From NCBI GenBank assembly GCA_038087875.1, contig CM075989.1, positions 19,408,001 to 19,472,000 of the forward strand: a DNA stretch of 64,000 nt. The letters are read 5' to 3'. The notes beneath the pieces were generated by a model. That model was not told the DNA's origin. It worked only from the letters and a program-made list of their open reading frames with translations, and did not search any database. Of this stretch, positions 12,151 through 24,325 are shown piece by piece; positions within the stretch are counted from its first letter, which is position 1; the number at the start of each line of letters is the position of its first letter. This DNA is from Malacoraja senta. Lineage: Eukaryota. The position numbers and the translations under genes were made by a program.

Positions 12151-13124
12151 TTTGATTTGTACATTGATTTGAACATTGATTTGTAACAATTTTGTCATTT
12201 CCTTTAGCATAAATGAACAACAGAAAATCTTACCTTGTGTGACTTGATTGCAGGCTTTTCCCACTTCTGAACCAAGGTCAGAATACACCAGTGTAAAGGC
12301 CAGTAAATTCTCATCACATATTCCAAGACTCAGTCTTGTTTAGTCCAAGGATGGATTACATTTTCACAGAGCTTCCAAACAGCTCAACATTCACCCTCCT
12401 CTTCCTTTACTTTGGGGAAACAGTGCAGAAGGCGATCAAATCAAGAAGACAATTGCATGAAGTGTTTGCACATGGAAGGCAATTGGTTTCAATCAAGGCT
12501 TATGATTAAAAGGTTGGTTTAAGGGAATAACATAATTAAGCAAAGAGCAGATGAAGTGTTTACTCATGTCAAAAACATGCTGAAAGAATGCATTAAAGTG
12601 TCAAATTATTTTCCATTTCTTAAACATCTTTGACCGAGGCGTGTGAACTGGATTGCACATTATTTAAAATAAAAACAGAAAATGCTGGAAATATTTAGCA
12701 AGTCAAACTACATCCTCAGGAAGAGAAACAAAGTTAATGTTTAACTGTTTCTTTTCCCACAGAGTGCTGAGTATGTCCAGCATTTTCTGTTTTGCATTTT
12801 AAATAACATGCAATGTAGTTCTTGAGCTTCAGGCACAAATGATTTAGAAATGGAAAACATTTAGACATCTAAAAATCTTCACAAGTTTATTAATTTAAAA
12901 CTTAAAATAAGAACTTTCTAAAAGTTTTAAGAGATTGTTTGATAGTTTCTATGAACTTCCAATAGCTCCCGAGAATACTTACCTGCAGGTCATCTAATTT
13001 TCTGATTTTGGCCGGGATCTAGTTTTGACAGATCGTCTGATTATTCCTTGAATGTATTAGTAAAACAAAGGGAAAAGTCAAGGAAAAACTTAAAGAAATT
13101 ATCCACGTTATGGATTGGAACATT

Positions 13125-13575
13125 AGAGTCATCAAGTCATACAACATGGAAACAGGCCCTTCAGTCCATGCAGACCAAGATGCCCCAGCTAAGCTAGTCC
13201 CATTTCCCTGCATTTGGCCCATATCCCTCTAAAACTTTTCCCTCTAAAAAGTGTCTTTTATATGCTTTTATAGTACCTGCCTCAACTCAAGCGACTTTGA
13301 GTCCTGAAAAGCGCTATATTTAAAAAATTAAAAAATAAATCTATTATTATTACCTCCTGCAGCAGCTTGTTCCATATACCCACCAGCCTCTGATTGAAAA
13401 CGTTGCCTCTCAGGTTCCTAATAAATCTTCTTGTCCCCCCCACCTTAAATCTTGGTCCTCTAGTTCTTGATTTCCCAACCCTTGGCAAAAGACTGAGCAC
13501 TCACTCTTATGACATTATACACCTCTATACAATCACCCCTCAGCCTTCTGCACTCTAAGGAATAAAATCCTAGCA
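13125..13575 (-). mobile_element. CR1-type LINE 3' fragment (second subfamily)
   Basis: LLPRVGKSRTRGPRFKV...LRGNVFNQRLVGIWNKL, with the 3'UTR GAAGGGCCTGTTTCCATG. Confidence 0.8.
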
Positions 13576-13628
13576 TAAAATCCTAGGAATAAAATCCTAG
13601 CACAAAATCCTAGCATAAAATCCTCGCA
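13558..13628. repeat. Short tandem array of an ~13-14 bp unit (ATAAAATCCTAGC) at a CR1/CR1 junction
   Basis: About five copies of A(T/C)AAAATCCT(A/C)G(C/G). Confidence 0.85.
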
Positions 13629-13629
13629 T

Positions 13630-14582
13630 CGAAGGGATTCAAAGTAACATTAGCAAATTTGCAGATGACAGAAAGCTGGGTGGTAGTGTGAACTGTGAGG
13701 AGGATGCTATGAGAATGCAGGGTGACTTGGGCAGGTTTGGTGAGTGGGCAGATGCAGTTTAATGTGGATAAATGTGAGGTTATCCACTTTGGTAGCAAAA
13801 ACAAGAAGGCAGATTATTATCTAAATGGTGTCAAGTTGGGAAAAGGGGAAGTACAACGGGATCTGGGGGTCCTTGTTCATCAGTCAATGGAAGTAGGCAT
13901 GCAGATACAGCAGGCAGTGAAGAAAGCGAATGGCATGTTGGCCTTCATAACAAGAGGAGTTGAGAATAGGAGCAAAGAGGTCTTTCTGCAGTTGTATAAG
14001 GCCCTAGTGAGACCACACCTGGAGTATTGTGTGCAGTTTTGGTCCCCTAATTTGAGGAATGACATTCTTGCTATTGAGGGAGTGCAGTGTAGGTTCACAA
14101 GGTTAAATCCAGGGATGGCGGGACTGTCGTATGCTGAGAGAATGGAGTGGCTGGGCTTGTATACTCTGGAATTTAGAAGGATGAGAGGGGATCTTATTGA
14201 AACATATAAGATTATTAGGGGTTTGGACACGCTAGAGGAAGGAAACATGTTCCCGATGTTGGGGGAGTCCAGAACCAGGGGCCACAGTTTAAGAATAAGG
14301 GGTAAGGCATTTAGAATGGAGATGAGGAAACACCTTTTCCACACAGAGAGTTGTGAGTCTGTGGAATTCTCTGCCTCAGAGGGCGGTGGAGGTCGGTTCT
14401 CTGGATACTTTCAAGAGAGAGCTTGATAAGGCTCTTAAAGATAGCGGAGTCAGGGGATATGGGGAGAAGTCAGGAACGGGGTACTGATTGTGGATGATCA
14501 GCCATGATCACATTGAATGGCGGGGCTGGCTCGAAAGGCCGAATGGCCTACTCCTGCACCTATTGTCTGTTGTTTATTGTCT
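13630..14582 (+). mobile_element. CR1-type LINE RT/C-terminal fragment with 3'UTR
   Basis: ISKFADDRKLGG, MQFNVDKCEVIHFG, LYKALVRPHLEYCVQFWSP and RRMRGDLIETYKI. Ends in a (CTATTGT)-type tail. Confidence 0.93.
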
Positions 14583-14589
14583 ATACCCA

Positions 14590-15330
14590 ATCTCTCCCTT
14601 CAGCTCTGTCTTTCGAGTCATGGCCACATCCTTGTAAATCCTCTCTGCTCTCTTTTAAGCTAACTAACACCCTTCCTGTAGCACAGTGACTAAAACTGAA
14701 CACAATACTCCAAAATGTGGCCTCACCAACATCCTGTACAACTATAACACAACGTCTCTGTACTCAATGCTCTGACTAATGAAGGCCAATGCACCAAAAG
14801 ATTTATTTCCACCCTATCTACCTGTGACTCAACTTTTGGGGAAATGTGTATGCCTGCACCTAGATCCCTCTGCTCTACAGATGTGTATGCCTGCACCTAG
14901 ATCCCTCTGCTCTACAACACTCCCCAGGGCCTTGCCATTCACTGTGATGGACCTGCCCTGCTTAACTTGCCAAAATGCAGCACCTTACACTTACTTGCAT
15001 TCACCTCTATTCACCATTCTTCAGTCACTTACCCAGCTGATCACGATCCTGCTGTAATTGTTGCTAACCATTTACACTGTCTATGATACCACCTACTTTA
15101 GTGGCATCTGCAAACTTACTGAACATGCCTTATACATGCCGCAATGGGCCCAGCATCGTTCCCAGAGGTACACCACTAGTCACAGGCCTCCAGTGGGACA
15201 AACAGCCTTGCACCACCACACTCTGCTTCCTTCCATGAAGCCAATTCTGTATGCAGACAGCTAGCTCTCCCTGGATGCCATGCAATCTAACCTTCCAGAG
15301 CCGTCTTCTATGCAGAACTTATTCAAGGGT
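14590..15330 (-). mobile_element. Old CR1 RT fragment with an internal 35-bp tandem duplication (~14846-14916)
   Basis: Reverse SKFADATKV and LYRMLVRPH motifs. ATGTGTATGCCTGCACCTAGATCCCTCTGCTCTACA is present twice. Confidence 0.7.
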
Positions 15331-15409
15331 AATGCCTGGAAAATTGGTCAAGGTGAGGGGGAGTTTTTAAATGAATGCTTGCTAAGTAAAAACAGTAACA
15401 TACATCTAG

Positions 15410-15660
15410 TAGAAACACAAGAGACTGCAGATGCTGGAATCTTGAGCAAAACACAAAATGCTGGAGGAACTCAGTGGGTCAGGCAGAATCTGGGGGGGAG
15501 ATGGGCAGATGACATTTTGGGTCAAGACCCTCTTTCTGGCTTCTTCAGACTGAAGAAAGATCCTGACTCGAAATGTCGTCTGTCCATTCCCTCCCCAGCT
15601 GCTGCCTGCCGCTGAGTTCCTCCAGCACTGTGTTTTGCACATGCATTTGCAGTTTTGTAA
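15410..15660. mobile_element. Diverged palindromic Penelope-derived element
   Basis: Centre reads TTCTTCAGACTGAAGAA (head-to-head hammerhead cores). Inverted arms GCTGGAGGAACTCAG and CTGAGTTCCTCCAGC. Confidence 0.75.
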
Positions 15661-16149
15661 CATTCCAATGCATCATCTAGCCAAAGAAAATGTTATATGT
15701 AGTCAGGATTGCAATATTATAACGTGACGTACAGCAACATGCCACAAACAGAAGTCTTTTGTTGACCAGATACTCCATTTTGGTGCAGAAAATAGTGGCT
15801 AGGACTTGGAGGACAATCAATCTATCTCCTTTCGTTCGAATAATGATATGGTATCTTTAGTGCCTACCTTAGCGAGCATATGTGGCTTCAGGAGGTTGTT
15901 TCAATCCCAAAATGGCATCTCACGGAATGCAGAATCCCTCCGAACTGCACAGGACTCAGCTTGGACCTTGGCTTCACATCCCTGGAGTTGGTCTTGTATC
16001 CACTACATGATTAAGAGTCAATGGAGCAACAACAGATGATCTGGCCACCGAGTCCCTGCCAAGCATGAAACGCCCCTATGCATCAAACCTGCATGAACAC
16101 CATTTTATTCCTCACATATTCCCATCAACTCTGCACAGATTGTCTCTCT

Positions 16150-16720
16150 TTTGGACACCAGGGGCAATTAACTACCTTTAATAATCCTACTGACCCACTT
16201 GTCTTTGAGAGGACACCAGGAGCATCCTGAGTGTACCACACCCTTGGAGGGTGAACGTACAAACTCCAGACAGACAGCACTGGAGGTCAGGTTTCAATCC
16301 GGGTCTCTGGTGCTGCAAGGCAGAAGCTCTATAAATGGTATGGATACTGGTTTATTATTGCCGTGCGTACCTAGATGCAGTGAAAATTCAATTGGATCCA
16401 ATCCAATCCAAGCTATCCAATTGGGTGTAATCAAGCCATTCACAAATAAAGCAGGTAGTACAAAAGAGAAAAATACCTGAGTGTGGAATATAGTAATGAT
16501 ACAGTTCCAGAGAAAGAGTGCAGTGTCCGCAATGTGGTAGGTTGGAAGATCGGGACGATGGCCTAATTTATGGAGAGACCGTTCAGCCATCTGATAATAG
16601 AGGGGAAGAAGTTGTTTCTGAATCTGGTGATACAGTACGTGTTTTCAAGCTTTTGTAACTTCTGCTTGATGGGAGAGAGGAGAAGAGGGAAGGACTGGGT
16701 TAAAAAAAAGGTACTGCCTG
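16150..16720 (-). mobile_element. Adjacent V-SINE remnant (~16150-16330) and Rex1-type 3' fragment (~16350-16720)
   Basis: CAAACTCC..ACAGACAGCAC..GAGGTCAGG SINE core, and the reverse-frame TRFRNNFFPSIIRWLN LINE terminus. Confidence 0.65.
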
Positions 16721-16764
16721 CTGTACTGCCCTGTCCCCAAGTTGCTAGGACTGAACTGATTATA

Positions 16765-17585
16765 AACATAGAATATAGAAATGCAGGAACAGGCCCCACG
16801 GCCCACAATATCTGTGCTGAACATGATGCCAAGCAAAACTAATCACGTTTGCCTGCACGTGATCTATATCCCTCCCTTTCCTGCATATCCATGTGCCTAT
16901 CTAAAAGCTCTTAAATGCCACTATTGTAACAGCCTCCACCACCACCCATGGCAGTGTTTTCCAGGCACCCACCACTCTCTGTGGAAAGAACTTGCCCTGC
17001 ATATCTCTATACTTTACCCCTCTCACCTTAAAGCTACTACGCCTTCCTGTCTTTGAGACTCCCACTCTGGGATAAAGATTCTGACCGTCTACCTAATCTA
17101 GGCCATAATTTATACACTTCCATCAAGTCTCCCCTCAACCTCTGATGCTCCAGAGAAAGCAATCTTCATTTGTCCAATCTCTTCTTATCGCTAATAGCCC
17201 TCAATCCAGCAGCATTCTGGTCAAGACAGAATGTGTAGGAAGGAACTGCAGATGCGGGTTTAAACCGAAGATGGACACAAAAAGCTGGAGTACCTGAAAC
17301 ATCACCTATTCCTTTTTCTCCAGCGATGCTGTCTGACCCCCCTGAGTTTCTCCAGCTTTTTGTGTCAAACATTCTAGTAAACCTCCTCTGCACCCTCTCC
17401 AAAGCCTGCCCATCCTTCCTGTAATGGTGCAATCAGAACATCATGCAATACTCCAAATTCCGCTTGGCCAAAGTCAGATTGAGCTGTGACGTGGCTTCCT
17501 GACTCTTATACTCAATGCCTTGAGCAATGAAGGTGAGCATACCATACCATCACAAGCCTCTCTATTTACTGGCGTTGCCATTAAG
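16765..17585 (-). mobile_element. CR1 3' fragment interrupted by a Penelope-derived palindrome (~17225-17368)
   Basis: HYRKDGQALERVQRRFTRM. The insert is flanked by CATTCTGGTCAA and CATTCTAGTAAA. Confidence 0.75.
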
Positions 17586-18404
17586 AGGTGGATTTTTTTT
17601 TAAAGCAAAAAGACAATATACATTTAAAGTGCTGGAAAAATCCAACATTTTATTGACTACATTTTTGTGACTACATAAACGCTGAAACATTTTAACACTG
17701 AAAAAGCATGAGGACGTCATCACTTGCTTTTTTTGCTTGCAAACACAGCAGATGATATTGCACGGCATATAGTGAGAACATTAGCAAAGCTTCAAAACTA
17801 AATTATTCTTTTTAAAACGCAGTACAGGAAAGATACTTGGAAACAAACCAGAATGATGCCTATTGCATTACACCCGCAGCTAGCACGAAAATACATAAGA
17901 AGCGCTTGACTAAGAGAAAGATTGACAAAATATCAGCAATAAACTGTAATCATATACAAGTATCACTTAGTTGGAAATGCAAACGCATAAACTACTACCG
18001 CTTTCAAATTTGCAAAATGTCAGCAAATTGTCTTTTTATCAAAATCCTTTTTTTAAAGCTTTTTTTTCGGATTTAATTGCTATGGAAGAACTCTCTTTGG
18101 GTCTTGGAAGAGATACTATTATCTACGCACCCTTCGTCTGTTGATTGTCTTAGGCGCTCTTTAGGTATTAACTCCAGGGCAATCTAACTTGAAAACGGAA
18201 GTGCAAAATTGCTGTCCAACTAACCTTTCACCAAATAAGGAACAACAAACCTGAAAGCGTGCATTGCTGATGACAAGAAGATTGGATTTCTTGGACGAAG
18301 GAGGAAAGAGGTTGTGTCAGTCCAATCTGAAAAGCGCCTCCAACGCCCGTTTTTTTGTGTGTGTAGGCGATAACTATTGAAATATTGACCGCAATATTGG
18401 TATA

Positions 18405-18673
18405 GTTTGGAAACGGGCCTTTCGGCCAACGAGCCCACACCGATCAAAGATCACCCGTTCACACAAATTCTATGCTATCCCACTATATCCCACCATCGGG
18501 GCAATTTACAGAGGCCAATTAACCTACAGACTCGCACGTCTTTGGGACGTGGGAGGAAACCCACGCGGTCACAGGGAGAACGCGCAAACTCCACATAGGC
18601 AGCAGCCGAGGTCAGGTTCGAACCCGGGTCTCTAGGCTGTGAGGCAGCAGCTCTACCAGCTGCGCCACTGTGT
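18405..18673 (-). mobile_element. V-SINE (HE1-like), near full length
   Basis: Reverse strand shows tRNA-like head CAGTGGCGCAGCTGGTAGAGCTGCTGCCTCACAGC...GGGTTCGAACC, V core TTTCCTCCCACGTCCCAAAGACGTG, and a CR1-like tail GCCGAAAGGCCCGTTTCC. Confidence 0.85.
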
Positions 18674-19417
18674 TATGCGTTGGGGGACAAGACCTATCGG
18701 GTCCCACTTGGTCTAGTATGTTACTAAAACTGAGAAGTTGGTAGCTCAACTCCAATGGGTTGCTTTGTACATTTGATCATTAAACTCGCGTTGCAATCTA
18801 TGTAGATTACATCCCATGGTTAATATTATTCCAACTATGTATCCGGCAGCATCTTACAGCTTCGTTTTTTGTTAGTGCAGTTTAAAATTACGCTGCATGT
18901 TGCACGGATGGAATATATCTATGTCAAACACCACACGTTTTCAGGTTAGTATTAGTCTAATATCTAGGGAAATTCAGCGGACAAAAACTAACATCCAACC
19001 ATCTTGGTTGATAAAATTGACAAAACATTTTAAAAAGTTGAAAGTTCCCGATTGAAGAGTGGGGCCAATTGGATGATCTAATCTCACTATTTATTACCAG
19101 CATAAAGCATATTTCCGGAGAACAATTACTATTTGAAGAGAGGTCCTTGGTTTAACAGATTGATAAATACACGGTAAAATGCTGGTAAGTGCGTTAAATA
19201 AAACTTTATTAAATAATAAAGACCACGGTTAAAGAAAAAGTACCTATTACCTCTAAAGCGGGATTATCTTTCTATATTTTAACCGTAGCTTCGATGGGAT
19301 TGTTATCATTGTTTGAATAATCCTGCCCCACAGGTAAATACACTTCAGGCGACTTTTGGAAATAACCACCAGTTGATCTATCTAAGTCAAGATCGAACTG
19401 AAAGTGAGATGATAGTT

Positions 19418-19614
19418 GTGTAAGAAGGAACTGCAGATACTGGTTTACACCGCAGATAGACACAAAATGTTGGAGTAACTCAGCGGGACAGGCAGCATCT
19501 CTGGAGAGAATGAATGGATGACGTTTCGGGTCGACCATGGACATCACCCATTCCTTCTCTCCAGAGATGCTGCCTGTCCCGCTGAGTTACTCCAATATTT
19601 TGTGTCTGTCTTCT
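19418..19614. mobile_element. Palindromic Penelope-derived mini-element with 14-bp TSD
   Basis: Inverted arms. GTGAG(A/G)TGATAGTT at 19404-19417 and 19615-19628. Confidence 0.85.
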
Positions 19615-20055
19615 GTGAGGTGATAGTTTCCGGCTTCATGTTAGGTTGCCTGCAAGGTTCTTCGCCCACTGCTGTCTATGCCCGTGCGAATGACAAATTA
19701 AACCCAATACTCACACTTCACAAATCCCAGTGCGTTAAACATTAAACAAATTTAAAAAAATTTGGAAGCGAGGTCTTCCGTGAGAAAAGACCCTTCCATC
19801 GTATATATATTTTTTAAACACACACACAAAAAAACAAATCTTACAATTCTTTTAAGTGACGAAGTGAAAGCTTCAATGAACCGTTATATATTTTTTGGCA
19901 TTTTGTTTTGTTGGGATCTGGCAGTATTTGTGACACTTGAAGTGCCTGCTGAGAGATTTCGGACGATATTAGATTCTGCACCCCACAGCAATTTTTCCAC
20001 CGCCTTTCTCGAAACACGAGAACAGAACTCTTTACCTGCAGATTGTATCAGAAAA

Positions 20056-23000
20056 CTTTGGTTGCATTAGGAACCCACTATATATACACTATTTTAGTTG
20101 TTTTTTTTAAAGATGTACAGATACATAAATTAATACAAGAATCAATCTTCACATAATACAAAAATGAATCAAAAATAAATCACAGCAATACGAACATTTT
20201 TGCAAGAAATACTTACACACATCTTAGCAGAGAATGGCTTACCCTGTGAAAAGACTATTTTTTTTAATATAACACAAAAACCTAGTATAATTTAACAGAA
20301 AGTTTAGGTTTCCTCTCAGAACCAATAACAATCAACTACCCTTTTCTACCATTCTCGTTTTCAAAATACTTCTTCCTCGACCCCATCAGAGTTCTGCCAA
20401 ATCTACAAAATAAATAATTATAAAGCTTTGAAGTGACGTTAACAATTATCAAACTATTCAGTTCTGCCTTACACGTAGACTCTCTATACAACATAACCCT
20501 AAGGATTTATTACTATGAGGTATCTTGAGAAATTGAAAAGGAATGCACGACCTGCGTTGTGTGAATACTCTAGGACGCAAAAAAGAGCTTTGGTAATCAG
20601 CAAAAAAGTGGAAATATCCTTTGGTATAAAGAAAGTTTCATTGCATGGTTGTACTGCAAAGCACTACGGTGAAAAGTTATTCCGTTTTTTTAATTCTTTA
20701 AAGTAGTGGCCTTTCTAGAGGCTGAGGTATTCGAGAGTAAGGTGAAAGAGGTCAACAGCGGTTTCACACTTTGGTTCAAGCAAGGCACTCGTCCTGTGAT
20801 TTTACAAATTTTGCAATATGTTTGCCTATAGCTTTTATGAAGAGAACTTCACACTGGGTGACAGTTGAGGGTTTAAGGATAGAACGCCGAGTAGTCCACT
20901 CACGAAGGCCGTGCAGGAAAAATCTTTGGTATTCTTTGGTATCATCGATGTGATTAAAATCACTAAATGGAAATCGAGTGAGGTAGCGTCTTTGGTTCAC
21001 ACTATAAATAGTAGATCTTTACACCTTTTTACACGTGGAAGCAGCTATTTTACTCTTGCTTCTTTGTCTTAATATTAGTAAATGATTACCAAATGTATCG
21101 TAAAGCTAACCACACCACAAGAAACACAAGGCCAGAATATTGTTAAAATTTCGGATTATCATCCACTCCATTGGCCTTCTGCGGATGAACGCACCAACTG
21201 CATGTCACCTTTGATCAATCACTAATTCATTCTCTTTGTATAAGGAGCCTCTTTTAACACATACAAATATCGGGCACGTTCCTTTCGGGGGAGGCGGGGG
21301 TGAATGGGAGGCGTGCCTGGGGAGGATATTTACAACATTCAAGTTGATAACAGCGGTTAAACAAGTCACTCAAGGGGCGTTATAAGTTACCGAAACAATA
21401 ACTGTCAGAAATATACATTTCCTATCACCATATCGTCAGGGGTGAGTAACTGACATAAATAGAAGTCAGAGAATTAACTTCAAATCAGACTAAGTTAGAA
21501 ACCCTAAATATAAACCCTGAACAGGTAATGTTCAATTTTAAAACCATCTTTTCAGCACACACTCTCTGGGAATTTATTCAGCAGTTTTAAGAGGGTAGTA
21601 CGTGTTTCATAGGAAGTAAGGTTTTTGTTGAGCTAAAATATTTTGGTGGCATTTTGCTTTCAGTGGACGAGAGGAAGGTGAATTATTTATACAACATGCA
21701 ACAGCCCACCTCTCCGGCCGTGGCCGCATTATATAATTTACTCTATATTTATATTTGTTGATGACAGAGACTCGGTAAAAAAAAAAGAAGTTACTTTAAA
21801 GCTAACTGCCCAACAAAATAAACGACTATAAAATAGTGGGTTTCGCCTGCATATTACGTTAGATTTGAGGTAAATACGTTATTTTAATTGAGTACTTTGA
21901 TTTGCAAGTAGTTTCAATTGATATTCAATCTTTGAAAATCTTGTATGCAAAATACGTGTCACTTAATTTTTTATCAGAAATTCATGAATGGGGAATGTAC
22001 GACAGTGAGATGGAGGTTTAAGTCGACATTGGCGTTTCGTTTTACCCCAGGTAAAAAAAACTACTTCACACCCTAATGTACAAGTGGTCAATCATTCAAG
22101 TCTATTCCATCTATGATTTTTAAAAACACATCCTATTATCGGCGTGTCATATTAAAGGTTCCTTGAAATTATTCACGAATTATCTTGACTCACTTGATCT
22201 GATGACATCGACATGGCGATCAGGTATCCTGAAGATGGATATTAGTACAATTGATGGGTGTAAAAAAGTGGACTCGTTTTGCATTGTAGCTCACGAACGT
22301 GCGATGTTCCTGAATAAAGAGTTATCTTTGGTTCTTTAGCAGATTATTTTTAAAGCACAAAGGGTAATATGTAAATACATCTGAGTGACTGAAATGTTGC
22401 ACTCTGTCAAGAGTAATTCATGTCTTGACTGACACCTGAAACATATCGTTCAGTAGCCCAGACTTGTACTGGGTTCGCTCTTTGTTCTGTCTCATTATGG
22501 AATATTAACCTGAATCATATAACATCTTGTATCTTGGTGTTAACAGCGCCCAACAGCAAAGTGCCTCCCTTGGCATTCGTACATCTAACGAGATGGTTTT
22601 TACTGTCAGCAATTGCTAACTACAAGTTAGGAACAACAACGTATCTGCAGTGGAGACAACAGGAACTGCAGATGCTCGAATCTTGAGCAAAACACAAAGT
22701 GCTGGAGGAACTCAGCACACCAGGCAGCACGTGTGGAGAATGTATGGGAGATGTTTCAAGTTGGGACCCTTCTTCAGACATGGCCTGTCCATTCCCTCCC
22801 CAGATGCTGTCTGACCCGCTGAGTTCCTCCAGCACTTTGTAGTTTGCTCAATACCTGCACAGTACTGCCTTCCCAGGGTTATACACTCTACCCTCCCGGG
22901 TCCATGCAGATAATTATTTGCAGATGTACTTCAAATACGGGCCAAAAGTTTAAACGAGCCTTGGAACTCGTTATGTTGACAAATAATTTACACAATTCTG

Positions 23001-24325
23001 CATACTGTATGCATAATGATGAAGGATTTGCATTTCAAATTGTTGTTAAATTTGTAGCTGATTCACTAATAGATGTAGCAAACCACATAAATTAAATTTC
23101 CCAACATATCAGGTGGGGTAACTATCTTCTAAGAATTATGTTATGATACTCATCGTGTGGGCCACGGGTTTTAGCAATAAATATTGCATGATTATAAGGG
23201 TGTTAAATAAATCTACCCTAAAGCATGTTAGGCAAGTGGCGGTAAGTTTGTGGGACGTTGTTATTTGTGTTAAAATGTTTGTGTTAAATTTAGCAAATTT
23301 GTTATTGCTGTTATTGCCAGTACACCTAATAGAAGCCTACAGCATCCGTAGCTAATTGGTTGTAACGGGACTGTTCATCCAGTGAACATATCTGACAACC
23401 CAATTGATAGCACCCTTTCTTGCCTCTGCAGCGATTTGGATAGCAAGGAACCGGGATAAAATGAATGATTCCTAATTGATTCTACCATTATTGGTTAACG
23501 TCTGTAACATATAAAGCAAATTATTATAAATAAATTGCCATATCATTAATTTGGCGTGCAAAATCTGTTTGAATAGAGATCTGAAACTGGTCGTGGTGGA
23601 TGTGGGGACTCCCAGTTCAACTAATATTTGTGCTTCTGGCGAAATCTCCCTGTCATTTATCCCGTTCTTTGTTATCCAACGTACTTTTCATCTAAAATAC
23701 TGGGTTGGGGGTGGTGTAGGATGATTTTTTTTTTTTGGTCATTAGCTGTCGCATTTCCTCTGCCTGCGATACAAAGAGAATGGAGTAGTGAGAGGGTGAC
23801 GGAACAGTTCTCGGTGCGTTGTTGAACTGTGCGCGGAATCGGAGCCCTTTGCCTTCAACCCGCAAAAGGGCTCGAGTCCAACCACATTCCAAAGGTACAC
23901 AGAACGACTCCACGAATATGTCAGGGGCCGCGCCTGAGCACAACCCGAAGACCAGCCCCATTGCAAAGTCTCTGACCACTGGCACGTACACTGGCATTTC
24001 GACAAGGTGGGATATCCGAGGAGATGAAATGAGTCATTGTTTTTGAAGTGATGTCTGATGTTCCCAACGACATTTACAGCCACGCACAATGAACGACGCT
24101 GAATGGTGAACATGTACAGCCAGCGGCCCCATTCATTTTTTTTTTGCAAAAAGTCATAATAAAGTGTTGTAGAACGGAGGCTTAATGCAGGTTAATTAAG
24201 TCTTTGGTTTCGTTGGGTATATAAATATGATACTGTCTGAGTTCATTAATTAAACCTGCTTCCTGGAGGTCCTGGTCATTTATTTTAAAGCTATTCCACC
24301 GAGGTTTAGTCCGGGGGTTTCTCCT
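20056..24325 (-). other. ONECUT1: Inferred long 3'UTR of ONECUT1 (minimum extent; true end possibly near the AATAAA at 19205-19210)
   Basis: Directly downstream of the stop codon and mostly repeat-free. Contains nine miR-9 and four let-7 seed matches in mRNA-sense orientation. Confidence 0.7.
22650..22865. mobile_element. Diverged palindromic Penelope-derived element inside the inferred 3'UTR
   Basis: ACAAAGTGCTGGAGGAACTCAGC ... GCTGAGTTCCTCCAGCACTTTGT inverted arms, with CCCTTCTTCAGAC in the centre. Confidence 0.75.

Noticed and set aside
12225..12990. Minus-strand donor-like sites (AG|GTAAGA near 12230, CAG|GTAAGT near 12980)
   Set aside because: No supportable coding frame or homology. 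A lncRNA exon cannot be established from sequence alone.
18600..18673. tRNA-like sequence with A and B boxes
   Set aside because: It is the head of a V-SINE, not a tRNA gene.
22313..22345. GTTATCTTTGGTT resembles the mir-9 precursor 5' arm
   Set aside because: It diverges after nt 9 of the mature sequence and has no downstream ATAAAGCT 3p arm. It is better explained as a target site on the minus strand.
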